Shown here piece after piece: positions 1 through 11,861 of a stretch of DNA of 64,000 nucleotides. Below the pieces are notes generated by a model. It searched no databases, had not been told where the DNA came from, and saw only the letters and a list, made by a program, of their open reading frames with translations. Both the position numbers and the translations under genes were made by a program. Numbering within the stretch: position 1 is the stretch's first letter; the number at the start of each line of letters is the position of its first letter. This stretch comes from Tricharina praecox (taxonomy: Eukaryota), in the NCBI RefSeq assembly GCF_024521635.1, contig NW_026250426.1:248001-312000 (forward strand), in the 5' to 3' direction.

Positions 1-132
1 GTTGCTGTTTCATCACTGTCCAGAACACATCCGCTCTTCCAGTCCATTCGGTATATATACATTCGCTATCCGCTCCCGCATCCCACACTCGCTTCAGCAA
101 GAAACCCCCCCAGACAAACCCCAACCGCAAAA

Positions 133-745
133 ATGAAGTTCTCCACCGTCGCTATTGCCGCTACCCTCGCCGTCGTGGCCTCTGCCCAGCTCGATGCCTT
201 CCCCGCCTGTGGTGTAAGTCTCCGCGTCCGCCCTCGAATAGCCGCACCGATACTAACTTTCCTACCAGCTCTCGTGCCTGACCTCGAACGTCGGCGCCAC
301 CGGCTGCGACCTGACCGACTTCGCCTGCTCCTGCTCGAACACTGCCTTCATCGCCGCCGCGACCTCGTGCATCGACAGCGGCTGCGAGGTAGCCGACCAA
401 GAGAAGGCGCTCGCCGCGGCCGTCGGCCTGTGCAAGTCCGCCGGCGTGGACATCAGCCCGCCCAGCGGGACCTCTGCAGCCGCCACCACCGCGAGCCCCA
501 CGCCCGAGCCCACCAGCACCGAGGCCGCCGAGCCCTCCACTTCCGAGCCCGCCGCTGAGCCCACCTCCTCCGAGGCCCCCGCTGAGACTACCACCCTCGT
601 CCCCTCCGCTAAGCCCTCCAACGCTACCACCAACGGAACCATCACTCCCCCCGTCGAGACGCAGCCGCCGTCCTCCGGCGCGTCGCGCATGGCCGCCGCC
701 ATGTCCGTTGTTGGACTTGGCCTCTTGGCCGCTTTCGCCTTGTAA
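133..745 (+). CDS. Secreted, probably GPI-anchored CFEM-domain protein (2 exons, intron 214-268)
   Basis: Signal peptide MKFSTVAIAATLAVVASAQ. Removing the GTAAGT..TACTAAC..CAG intron gives PACG-LSCL..GCDLTDFACSC..SCIDSGC..GLC (8-Cys CFEM spacing), followed by a Ser/Thr/Pro stalk and a hydrophobic C-terminus. Confidence 0.92.
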
Positions 746-2702
746 GCTGGCCGCTTTCGCCTAGCCTGATGGATGTGTGGGATGATTGGACGCATTAATG
801 GTACGACGGATCGATGGGATGGGACGGGATGGATGAACGGATGGGGAAAAAAATATGTATCAATATCTACGTCTTTTATTTTTGGTGTGATCGTGTGTGC
901 CTTTTTGTGTGTGTGATTCTTGGACATAATGTTTTCTCTTCTGCTTTTTCTGCCGTGTGTGTGAGCGCACGGATTTACCTATTGAAGGCATCTAAACTTC
1001 TTGACGTTTTTTTTCTCTAAAGAGCCTGTGAAAGTGAATTAAGGAAAGAAATGAGCGCATTGTGTGTAGGAGCGCATAATGCAGCGCTCTGTATGCGTGT
1101 AAGTACAGTACCACCATCGAAACTGCGACACTCGGAGTCGCACAACAAGCCGCGCATCCGGCCACCGCCGGATTCCCAGAACACTGCAGACTCTCCACAT
1201 CACATCAAATCCCCAAACTACACACCCGTACATAACTCCGGAGCGCACATATGTACCATCTACCGAATCGAAACGCGGACTTTCGATCCGGGTCTCGTGC
1301 GCTTCTACTTGGGGGGCACCCACCTACCCACTCGGAGCAGCGCGGATATCAGCGGCGGCGGGGCTGTGGTCGGGGTGGGTGCGGTACATGCGGCGCAGGT
1401 ATGTGTGCGTGCCGGTGTAGTAGGGCACAAACACGAACGAAACGGATGCGGCCGGGATATCCTTGTGGCGTGCGGACGGGCGCGACGTACATACACAGGT
1501 AGATTCCTAGGTATTGTAGTTTCGGCATCCGGAGCCAGCCGGTGGGAAACAGAAATAGAAACTAGGACCGAGGATTAAAGGTTAAAACGAAAATCATGGC
1601 GGAAATCGGCGCTGGTGCTGCGTGGGGCGGGCGAGCGAGTGAGCGATCAAACGCTTTGTGTGCGAGCGATACTAGCATTTTGGGAGCGGGGGACCTGGGG
1701 GAGGGATGTCCGCGTGAGAATCGAGACGAGAGCGGTGTGGTACAAGCCGCGTACTGTGTAGTATGTGATACTTAAGTAGGACCTAAGTAGGTCGGACAAT
1801 GCACCGCAATGGACCGCGATGGATTCCGAGGATGGTGGGCTGTATGTAATAGGTGATGGCGAATAGGTAATAGATAATGGGTGGGAGTAGAGTACTGGTA
1901 TTCTGGTTGGTCGGGATGGTCTACCGGTATGGTTAGTTCGTAGAAATGATAGCATTGGAGGTGAGCGGAAGTTCTGCATTGGTTGTCACTCGGATGGCTT
2001 TCGCTCGGGATTGGGATGAGACTTGCTGAATGGAAAAAAACACGAGGCCATAGCTCAGATGCGCTGAATCCCTGAATGCGAGTTGGAGCAAACAAAAGAG
2101 TCCTACAATAATCTCTTTGCTCACTCATGCAGTCTATCCGGTGCGATATGTAAGGTAAGGGAACCCCTTTCCTTTCCTTTCCGGTGGGCATTAGCCACAC
2201 GGCGCGGCGGGACGTGCGACTCCTTAAGTTGGTTATCGGAGAGGCGGGGAGCATGTGGGATACCTAGGAGGCACTTTGTACCATTGTCCGGGTCCCTCAG
2301 TAGTATTTCGGAGTCTTGTGATAGGTAACGTACAGCAATGTGATACATACCGTGACTTGTGGCCTACCTAGGTAGGTTCTTCGTCACAATCTCGCACTCG
2401 TGTACGAGATCCGTGAGGTGATCTGGGTAGGTAGCCTGTGGAATTATATTCCACGGAGATATCGGGCTGAGCTATGGCTTAGTAGCTTCGGCCTTCATAA
2501 TCGTGCAGGTTCGGTTCGGTTAGTTTCCCTCCATCGGCCGACGGCAATTCACACAATAAGAAGCCCGGGCGCCGCTCCTTCTTCAAGATCTTGAAAATAC
2601 CTAGTACTACTCCGAGCCCAATGCAACCCCATGGTTCAGAATAAATACAACCGCAAGGCAAGCTCCTCCGTCGTCGTCGCCGCTCAAAGGGAATGACAAA
2701 AT

Positions 2703-2774
2703 AAGGGAAAGAAGGGAAAGAAGGGAAAGAAGGGAAAGAAGGGAAAGAAGGGAAAGAAGGGAAAGAAGGGAAAG
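2703..2774. repeat. Perfect 9-bp tandem repeat (AAGGGAAAG) x8
   Basis: Read directly. It accounts for the FPS/LLS/FFP repeat ORFs in the track. Confidence 0.95.
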
Positions 2775-2982
2775 AATGCAAGAAAGTCGTCGTGATGCTT
2801 TGAAGATTTTGAACAGGTGAAATACACGAAGGCTATCCGGTGGAAACACAATTCCGCGCAGCAGAAGGAAGAAAAGAAGAAAAGAAGAAAATCCCTCGCT
2901 CGGTCACTCCAGTCTTGAACATTTAGCAGTACCGCTGATTTTGACATAGCAGGCGCCCACCTTGGCAATACTAGTAGGTAGT

Positions 2983-3998
2983 TCAAACACCGCCATCAGC
3001 TGGTTCATCGTAGCCCACATCGCCCCAGGCAGCCGGGCCACACTTTCCGTCAACATCCACTCCGCCCCACAGCTCCTCCATCTCCGCAGTCCACACCTGC
3101 GGGGACATCCTCGTCTCAGGGACGCTGTGCGGCCAGTGTTCGGCTTGCTGCAGCGCAGAGAGGCCAGTGAAGGAAGCGCCGTCCTGAGACTGCGAGACGT
3201 TAAAGAGCAACTCCAGCGCCGCGGCTAAATCATCCACCAACTTCAGTCTCAATCCTTGTGGGGCGGTGAAGGGAGGGAGCACTACGCACCTTCGGAGAAG
3301 TGCGCCGCAACCGTGCCGCCCTCGCCGGGACCACCGCGGGAAGAACTCTTGGGCGCCGTCGGCTCCGGCTGAGTGTCGGGAGACTGCGGGTCGTCGCGGA
3401 GCCACGCCTCTATCCGAGCTAGATCGGCCACTTCTTTCGTTTCAGCAGTCTTGCAGCGCGGAAATGGGGTTGTCACCGGGGATGTGATGTCCGTCGTAGG
3501 TACCTTCCGAGTCCGAATGTTTGAGGAGCCACGCCGCCATTATCCGATTCACCGTCGGCTCCGGCTGAGGGCCGGGAGACGGCGAGTCGTCGTGGAGCCA
3601 CGACTCTTCCAGAGCTAGATCGGCCGCTTCTTTCGTGTCAGTCTTGCACCGCGGAAATGGGGTTGTCACCGGGGATGTGATGTCCGTCGTAGGTACCTTC
3701 CGAGTCCGGGTTATTGCGGAGCCACGCCATTTGCCGATCCAGATCGTCTGATTCATTCGTGTCAGTCTTGCACCGCGGAAATGGTTTTGTCGCCGGGCAT
3801 GTGATGTCCATCGTAAGTACCTTCCGAGTCCGAGGAGGAATCGGACTCCTCATTAATGGGCGCTCCGGCTCCGGAAGGCGCGGAGGACGCGGTCGGCGGC
3901 TGATATGTGAGGCCTTCTGAGTCCGAGTCATCGTGCTCTTCATTGATGAGTGCGCCGGTTCCCCCGTCGACTGCGCTGTGAGGGGTTTTGGGAGACAT
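2983..3998 (-). CDS. Acidic low-complexity hypothetical protein, predicted 5 exons
   Basis: ATG at 3998 (MSPKTPH). Four phase-1 introns, all with GAAG|GT donors: 3748-3820, 3615/3627-3696, 3419/3431-3503 and 3225-3289. Splicing joins four short ORF-track fragments into one frame ending at TGA 2983. Confidence 0.65.
3395..3831. repeat. Three tandem copies of an exon+intron unit
   Basis: CAGTCTTGCA(C/G)CGCGGAAATGG...GTACCTTCCGAGTCCG recurs near 3446, 3639 and 3763. Confidence 0.9.
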
Positions 3999-5303
3999 TT
4001 CGGTAGGCGGTAGGAGGGTGTAGTGCGACGGGTTGAAAGCGTGGTAGAGAAGAAGACCGTGGTAGAGAAGACCGTGTCAAAGAGACTGTCCGTGGGGTTG
4101 TGCTGGACCGTGTTGCGAGACTTCGCACTGTATTTGGCCACGGCGCCGTGCCGCGGTAACAGCTTGGCCGAGTGATGTTAAGTGATGGCCGTCAAAGAGA
4201 CGCATCCGACGAGGTCTCGACGGGAACCACGGAAAACAGATCAACAAACGGCAGTTAACATCACCCGTGCCGAGCAGCTTAGTCGGGGCTTGTCTACAGG
4301 CTGTTCTTGTGGTGCGGGTGCGCCGTGATGGATAGGAATGTTGGTACTCGTGCAGGCAAGTCCTTCAATCATGGACTACTCCTCGCGATCGACGAACGCT
4401 GGCGATACGGACAGTGTCTGCTCCAGCTATCGCACTCGTTAAGAGGCCACTCAACGGCCTTTAGAAATCAAATCCTGCTGGCGGCAGGGGCTACGTTTGC
4501 TTGGATGAAGGCACCGGAGAAAGGCTTTACAGTACATACGGTGACATTTTGTTGATTCTCCATATTACTTGATAACAGACTACTCGACGCTCTACTCGCT
4601 TCGATTATCCCTTGCAAACTGACCTTCAGTGAAAATACTGTCATATTACCGCCGGTATCCCTAAGTGCCACTGGTTACTATTCGGGCGTGTTGACTTAAT
4701 CGTATGCGCTACATAGATGCACAGATTTATACTCGTCGTGGAGGCACGTGCTCGCTAACCGAAATAATCCGAGGATAGACAAGCTCAGGCCTGATGCCGC
4801 ATGCGGCAGCGGCAGTGCGTGCGTCATCGGATTTTAATTTTTGGGGGATTGGCGAGTGGAACAAAGCAGCGATGCGAACCGCGGAGGTTTAACTTTCTCG
4901 CAGCCCGCGACGGACCAACTAGAGTAGTGCTATGTATGCGCGCCTTCCAAGTCCACTCTCGCACTTGCAACCCCACCAGCCGCACGTTAGTTACACACCG
5001 AGCTGGACCGGGCCCGCAACCGCTGCCACTTCGTCTCGCCCCGCAGGCGGTACCCGAAACCCCTGGGGCTCCGGATTCCGGACCATCTGCCGGACCCGCC
5101 GCTTTCCGTCAAGTTGAATGTCAGCGCTCCGAAGCGATCCGCCCACAGCTCGCTCGCAAGTGCAAGTTGAACACGGCCTGCGGCCTGCAGCCTCGCGACT
5201 TCCGCCTATAATCCACTCCCGTAAGTCCATTCCATTCCACTGAAAACATCAACTGTCCGGATAACAGACCCCCCAGCAGCTATCGCAACGTCAGCCAATA
5301 GCT

Positions 5304-5555
5304 ATGGCTGTCACTAGTACCGCTAAACTTTCCCGCTGCAACTGCAACGTCCCCATCTGCCGCGAAGAGGGCGTCGAAGGCGTAGATCTCATCAGATCGT
5401 GTGGTGAGCACTGGGTTCACTGGAGCTGCGTGGGCCCCTGGTGGGACACCCGGCTGAGTGAGTATCGCGAGTTGCCGTGTGGATGTATGGGGAGTAAATT
5501 AAGCATCATGGTGATGTGGATTAGAGGGTGCATCAAGCTCAAGAGGCGGGTCTAA
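5304..5555 (+). CDS. Small RING-H2-like Cys/His protein (83 aa)
   Basis: CNC-x4-C...CGEHWVHWSCVGPWW...LPCGC. Clear paralog of the ORF at 6030-6365. The 3' end could be spliced at GTATGG near 5485. Confidence 0.55.
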   Translation: MAVTSTAKLSRCNCNVPICREEGVEGVDLIRSCGEHWVHWSCVGPWWDTRLSEYRELPCGCMGSKLSIMVMWIRGCIKLKRRV

Positions 5556-6029
5556 AGTAGTGGTACATATGTCCCAGCTGGCGATAGGGGCTTGGGCTTT
5601 GTCAACTGGGTTGATGAAGTGGATGTGGAAGTGGAAGGCCTGCTGGAAGAGCGTTCCTGGCGGGAAGTAGGTATAGATATCCATACTTCTTTGTGTACAT
5701 TTCTCCCGTTACCACCTGCAGACTGGAGGGCGTACGAGCGAGCGCCGCTGCACAAAAGTCATCTGATCCTTCGAGCTTGATTGAGTATCGTTTCGCAATG
5801 ACTACACATGTACCGCGGGCTAACAGACCACAGTTCCCAAATTTCACCCGGCCGCCCAACAGGTTCCAGGAAGCTTGGATCCTCCCCACATCTAATACGT
5901 CTTCAATCTCACCAGCATAATACATCTAGACTTCCTCCGGTTTACCCTCACAGCCATCGGCAGCTGTAACCTCGTCCTGCCTCACCCGAACCTCCCATAA
6001 GCTTATCAGCCGCTACATCCCATACCTAC

Positions 6030-6365
6030 CTAGTACTGACACAGGAGATGAGAAGGAAGGAAGGGAACCCACGGGATATAAAGGCCCCTCAGCTCCCTCG
6101 GCGGGGGCTTCAGTCGGTACTTCAAGCAGAAGAAGAAGAACCGCCAATCACTCTCTTCCAAACAGCCACACGGCATCTTCCTCTCCCCACTAATCCTGAC
6201 GATCCACCACCAGTCGACGCAGCGATGGTGCGCGTAGTGTCCGCACCGCCCGCAGCGCCGGAACTCGTCGACGGGACCGGAGAGCTTGCAGCCGGCGTGC
6301 AGGCCGTGGTTGGGAGTGATGCAGCGGCCTTCGGGGATGAACGTGCTGGTACTGGTGAGCGCCAT
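6030..6365 (-). CDS. Small RING-H2-like Cys/His protein (111 aa from MALTST)
   Basis: CGHYAHHRCVDWWW matches the RING-H2 core C-x-H-x2-H-x2-C-x2/3-W and is followed by MPCGC. Shares an MA(V/L)TST start with 5304-5555. Confidence 0.6.
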   Translation of the reverse strand: MALTSTSTFIPEGRCITPNHGLHAGCKLSGPVDEFRRCGRCGHYAHHRCVDWWWIVRISGERKMPCGCLEESDWRFFFFCLKYRLKPPPRELRGLYIPWVPFLPSHLLCQY

Positions 6366-7017
6366 GAGTCGTGTGGGGTGGGGATGGGGATGGCGTGGCG
6401 TGGCGGGGTGAAGGTTTTGAGGTTGGGGGCTTTTAAGTTTTAAGAATCTTGGGGTGTGAGCAGTGGGTGGGTGCGGTGGGAATGTCAATGAATGACGAAA
6501 TGCTCTGGCACTGGCACTGGCAGCAGCCGTTTAATATGCGGATAACCGTTCATTTCGTATGACCTGCTTAGCGGCCGGCCATGCTTGTGTGCTCCTCGTG
6601 ACGACTGGACGGGCGCGAACTGGAAATCTTGATTTTGGGTGAGACATGTGTGTGCGGCTGAATGCATGCTTTGAAGTTGTTGTGGAGAAGTGCAGTGGAA
6701 TACCGAACGTGGAAAGAAGGCGTACGGTAGGTACTATGGGGATGTCCTGGATCGTTGATCTGTACATGGATTCTCACTCGCGGATTCCTGCGCAGTCACA
6801 CGCGGATGGTCTTTGGACAAGAAAAAGGATCGTTTTGTCTCGAGAACTGATAAGCTTTGATAATGAATCTGCAAGCTTGCTTGTGCTTACACGATTCCTG
6901 CGCAACTGTTGTCAATTTCACACAGTACGTGGGTGGTCCATCGGGTGGGGTTCATTGCGATACTATGACGGATAATGAGTAAAACACAGCAAATTTGGCT
7001 GACAAAGTGCATCTCTA

Positions 7018-7118
7018 TCCGCCGTGGTGTAGTGGTTAGCATTGGTCGCTTTCATGGACAGAATCACTTCTGAACTTCTAGTGCCGACTAGACCCGGGTT
7101 CAATTCCCGGCGGCGGAA
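7018..7118 (+). tRNA. tRNA-Glu(TTC) with 29-nt intron (7055-7083)
   Basis: Acceptor TCCGCCG/CGGCGGA, A box TGGTGTAGTGG, anticodon arm GGTCG-CT-TTC-A..C-CGACT, T loop GGTTCAATTCC, downstream T-run. Confidence 0.95.
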
Positions 7119-7768
7119 CATTCGTTTTATTTTGCCTTACTCACAGTGTGACTTGATTAGTGGAAGTTTATTTTGCTCATGATGAACGAGTTTGGCGAGT
7201 GACTGTACATGTATCAATGAGCCAGTTCTACTTCTGGTGTTCGTGCGATGCTATCGGGAATTGCACTGCCCTCGGCTGAATCTGAATCTGTGTGTCCACA
7301 CCTCGTCTAAATTCCAATCACCGACAGGAGCCCAACTTGAGAGGAGACCCTAATTATCCGCAGCTCCATTCGATTCGCAGCAGCCGAGAAAATAGTGCAG
7401 CCATCATTCACGCCTCAAGAATCAAGGAGGTGCTTGTCCAATTCCAAAGATCTTCTGACATCTGACAGGCCTACCATACTGAGGCACGGATTTTCAAATC
7501 GGGAACTTTTTCCTCGTTCCCTTACATACAACTGATCTCAAGTTCGACGGAATTGTGTGTGTGGACATCACTTGCCTAAATTTCTGGTGATTAGAGTACA
7601 TACCCTATGAACCCCCACGGGCCACTGTAGGTATCTTCGATATTCATGCCGGTATATGTCGTACATGTCAGACATCAGACATGAATAGAGTTCAGTTCGT
7701 CTAATCATATATGCATAACAAGCACGCTGCACGGCTGGCTTCCCCGCCTTCAGGCTTCAGCCCCAGAT

Positions 7769-8001
7769 CCTCAACTGGCTGTTAAGGATCGCGGATATAT
7801 ATACAGCACAACGCTCCGCTCGTGTCTCGCTCTCCGCATTCAGCCTCAGCTGGCCATTGAGAATCGCGAATATATATACCTACAGTACAACAGCACAACA
7901 CTCCGCTCAGACTCGAGTATCCCATTACCCACCTTCAGCCTCAGTTGCATTGAGGATCGCGAATATACCTTATATACAGCACAACCCTCCGCTCGTATCC
8001 C
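7769..8001 (+). repeat. Three imperfect ~75-95 bp tandem copies of a TATA-containing segment upstream of the F-box/ankyrin gene
   Basis: CCTCA(A/G)..GATCGCG(G/A)ATATA..ACAGCACAAC.CTCCGCTC occurs three times and ends ~22 bp before ATG 8024. Confidence 0.8.
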
Positions 8002-8023
8002 ACCGCCAGCACCATCTAAATCT

Positions 8024-8968
8024 ATGGCAACCCTCAATCCCCCACCAGGAGCAGCAGCAGCACTCCCCCCGCTCCTCCGCCTCCCCCCCGAACTCCACCT
8101 CCTAATCGCCACGCACCTCTCCCACCTTTCCCAACTCTCCAAACCCACCCACCCCGCCCTCACCGCCCACTCCGCCCTCACCGCCCTAACCCGTACCAAC
8201 CACTATCTCTACCACGCCCTCACCCCGGTCCTACACCACCTCTCCATGACCAGCGCACTCACGCAGCAACCCCGTCTGCGGCACACGATAACTTACAACC
8301 ATCCCCTCCTGCTATCAACACTCCTCCACTACTACCGCGACGTGGCGCGCCCACCCACCGGCGATCCCCGCGCGCTGCCCTGGACCCTCGAGGAAGCGCT
8401 GCGCTTCGCCGTGCAGCGGAATAGGCCCGCGTGCGTGCGGGTGCTGTTGGACGCTGGCGCGGACCCGGAGGCACAGGCAGATCCGGCGAGGAGGTGGGTA
8501 AGCTTGAGGGATCTGGCCGCTGGGTACGGGTTTGTGGAAGTGAGGGGGGTGTTAGATGAATGGGGTTGTGGGGGTGGTGGGGGAGGGGCTAGGGGGGAAG
8601 GGAGGGGGTGGGGGAAGGGGAGCGGGAGGGACTGTGGGAGGGACTGTGGGAGGGGGCAGTACACGCCGCTGCTGAGGGCGGTGATTGGCAGGAACGTTGT
8701 GAGGGTCGGGGAGGTGCTGGGTAGGGATGCGGATGTTAATGCTCGCGCGTCGGATGGGAGGACGGTGCTGCGGTGTGCGCTTGCTTCTGGGGATAAGGAG
8801 GTTGTTGCCTTGCTGGTGCGGCATGGAGCGACGCTGGGTGAAATGGGGACGGGCACGCTAGGAGTGTCGCGCGAGAGGGAGGGCGAGGAGGTGGATGGTG
8901 TTCAGTATGCAGCTGTTACCGTATTTCGGAGAGGCGAGATAGTTGGGATGTCTGGTGGCTGTCGATGA
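8024..8968 (+). CDS. F-box-like plus ankyrin-repeat protein
   Basis: N-terminal LLRLPPELHLLIATHL (F-box-like). Ankyrin motifs ALRFAV..CVRVLLDAGADPE, YTPLLRAV..DADVNAR and GRTVLRCAL..VVALLVRHGA. Confidence 0.85.
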   Translation: MATLNPPPGAAAALPPLLRLPPELHLLIATHLSHLSQLSKPTHPALTAHSALTALTRTNHYLYHALTPVLHHLSMTSALTQQPRLRHTITYNHPLLLSTLLHYYRDVARPPTGDPRALPWTLEEALRFAVQRNRPACVRVLLDAGADPEAQADPARRWVSLRDLAAGYGFVEVRGVLDEWGCGGGGGGARGEGRGWGKGSGRDCGRDCGRGQYTPLLRAVIGRNVVRVGEVLGRDADVNARASDGRTVLRCALASGDKEVVALLVRHGATLGEMGTGTLGVSREREGEEVDGVQYAAVTVFRRGEIVGMSGGCR

Positions 8969-9293
8969 TGAGTACGGTAGCAATTTGCAAAGAGTGGGGT
9001 GCGATTCATGCCGAAGGTCTCCAGTAGTACCACCGCACAGATTTACACCCAGCAGTCTCAAGAGAATACAGATTTGATCTAGTATGTATTTTGTTTTTTC
9101 CCTATAGTCTCAATTCTACAGTATCGAAAAACTATACGCAATGTTGTAAAGATACGCTTATTAAAAAGCCTGAAGACCTACCGCAGTTCTTCCGAACACA
9201 AAATAGTCCGCGGTGTCCAGAATACTAGAGACCTACCAGAGAACTACCTTATTCGCACAACAACTTCGTGGAGAGAAAAATTTCTCTGATTCG

Positions 9294-9523
9294 CAGTGTT
9301 TAACGTAGGTATCTAGTCCCTCGGGACGGACGGACTGGACTGGACTGTATCTTGGAAGTCCGTCCGGGAGCGGTGTTCGGACGGACTAGGTAGTCCAAAA
9401 AAATATCGAGGGCAGTCCGTACCCAGTCCACGAAATCAATGGACTGGACGGACTACTCTGGACCAGATCTTGGCAGTCCGTCCAGTACAGACTACAGTCT
9501 AGACCGGACTATGGAGAACACTA
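9294..9523. mobile_element. Possible MITE / hAT-like non-autonomous remnant
   Basis: Ends CAGTGTT...AACACTA form a short inverted match. The interior is packed with GGAC(G/T)GGAC and GTCCGTCC motifs in both orientations. No target-site duplication seen. Confidence 0.4.
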
Positions 9524-10184
9524 AACCGTCCAGCATGTTTGTCGAAGAGTGATGCCTCGTGTCCCAGACCGTTATCTATAGTAATACCAAGTAGTAAAAT
9601 TACCGCATCAATGCTTGCTACCTTGCACCTCTGCATGCCAGCTTGACACATCTCAACTTGAATACTTAGTACCTCGTGGAAGAATAGTGACAGCAAGTAT
9701 CATAGAATGATACCACGTTCCCACGCTGTTGCCCGCGTCAGTGGTCAAGACTCAAGAGATACAGAAGCCAGTAGAATAACTCGCATAATCGAGACATGGG
9801 TTCCTAGATACACCGACAGGTCCTGATGGAGGATGGAAGAGAGTTTCTTGTGGTACTCGCGGCCATTATGAGATCAAGAGCGTAGAAGCAGCCGAACTTA
9901 CAGCCCTTCACTTTACGTCACTCGCGTGTGCAGCCCGCAGCAAAACTAGCGAGCCTGCATGAGCTGTTTATGTACGCTAAATCAATGATATCATAAGCCC
10001 TAGATACACATGTGACAACTATGAAAGAAGCCCCCAAAGATGTTTCACGGGACCGGAACGTTATGTAGATATGCAAGCTTCATTCATCCCAGGGTATCAA
10101 ACAGTAAACAGCCAACTCCCGCCAGTGCAGTACAGCAAAAAAAAAAAAAAACTACCAGTGACAAAACCCGCAAAAGCAAAATCT

Positions 10185-10285
10185 TTCCGCCGCCGGGAAT
10201 TGAACCCGGGTCTAGTCGGCACTACAAATTCAGAAGTGATTCTGTCCATGAAAGCGACCAATGCTAACCACTACACCACGGCGGA
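10185..10285 (-). tRNA. tRNA-Glu(TTC) with 29-nt intron
   Basis: Reverse complement has exons identical to 7018-7118. The intron differs at 2 positions. Confidence 0.95.
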
Positions 10286-10411
10286 TGGGGATGCACTTCG
10301 TCGGCCGGATCCGCCCTGCGTGTTCCTCCGTGGCATTTCGCCATGGTAGAGTATTCCGTCCTCGAGAGAAAGACCCACCTGCCATTGCCGCCTACCATGT
10401 GAAACCCCGCA

Positions 10412-11829
10412 TCAATGCCTCCCTTCAAGCAACATCTCCCTAGTCTCGACCATATCCCTCCCATCGACGCCGAGCTCCGCCTCGGTCTCTCTACAGCCGC
10501 ACCAGCCGCGCTTCCCGCACTGTCCGCACGCGTCCTTATCCTTAACCAGCTCCCTAATCTGCTTCTCAATCTCCTCGTTCTGTCCACTATTCCTTTCCGG
10601 TTTCTCCGCCAGCCCCGTCTCCGCCTCTGCGCGATCCCAGACCTCAACGATTCCCGGCGCAGGGTCCGACGGCACGCCGCCGTTGTCGCTGCTGCGTTGC
10701 CGGCGGCGCCGGCCGAGCAGCTCCTCCTCCAGCTCGGCGACCTGCCGCCGCAGCACATCGATTTCCTCCTCGTCGTCGGGCTGCAGCAGGACGCTCCACC
10801 AGCGGCTCCAGCGCTCGCCGGCGATCGGGTCCACGCCGCCGACCGCGTCGCGGTCCAGGCCCCGCGGCCAGCAGATATTTGGCGTTTCGGGGTCCCGCAA
10901 CTCCACCGCTTTTAGCAGAGAGCTGATTACGCCCACTTCTAGGTCCGGGCATAGAAGTAGCTGCACCGTGCTCCATGCCACGAAGCCGGTGATCGTTAGT
11001 GCTGGCTTGGGCTCGCCGCCGTCGCGCGCTGGGACGAGGTAGTACTTGCAGCCCAGCCATGTCCATAGGCGCGCTAACCCCCGGTTCGTCGCGGTGGATA
11101 TGTAGGCCGCCCGGTGGTCCAGGTCCGGGTGTGGAGAGAACGCGCCGTAGTAGTGCGCGAGTTTGTCGCGAGTGATGATGGCCTCCGTGGCTGGCGGCTG
11201 TGCGGACAGGTACGTTGCGATGCTGGTGAGGAGCCGGTGGAGCTTGTGGGTAGCTACTGGCGGCTCCTGGGGCACGGGGGCGTGGGCGAAGAGGTAGCCC
11301 CAGGGCGAAGACGAGGACCGGGCCGACGAGGCGAAAGAGGCGGTCGGTGAGTGCGGGCTGCCTGGGCCGTGTGACTGCTGCGGCGGAACGGGGGATTGTC
11401 GGCGCGCGGGCGAAAGGCGGGACGGCTGCGGCCGGTTCCTGGCGGGTGACATGGGTGTTTCCGGGACTGAGTCCATCGCGGAGATGTCCTCCGAGACGTG
11501 ACGACGCCCCGCAGGTCGATAGTGCATGCCATTCACGCGGAAGGTGGTGTGCGTGGCTACTGAAGTCGTGCGGCGGGGCTTGCTGCCGTCGGCCTGTGGA
11601 TGTGCCGCGTATGAAGGGGAGGGCCCAGAGTCGCGCGGAGAGTAGGCGATGTAGTCTTCGTCGGACCCGCGATGCTGGTGGGATATGTGCGGCGGCTGGT
11701 AGTGGTGTGCCGAGTTCGGAGGGAAGTAGCCGCTGTCGTGCGGCGATGGATTGTGCGTGTATCGCTGCGGGGAACCGTTGGAGCCGGCGAGCCAGACTGG
11801 CTGCTGGTATGTGTTTTGATAGTGATCAT

Positions 11830-11861
<32 letters not shown>

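Noticed and set aside
2479..2986. ORFs with FPS, LLS or FFP repeats
   Set aside because: They are translations of the 9-bp tandem repeat.
3395..3831. Repeat-spacer-like pattern suggesting a CRISPR array
   Set aside because: Eukaryotic context, repeats over 70 bp, homologous spacers and no cas genes. Duplicated exon+intron units explain it.
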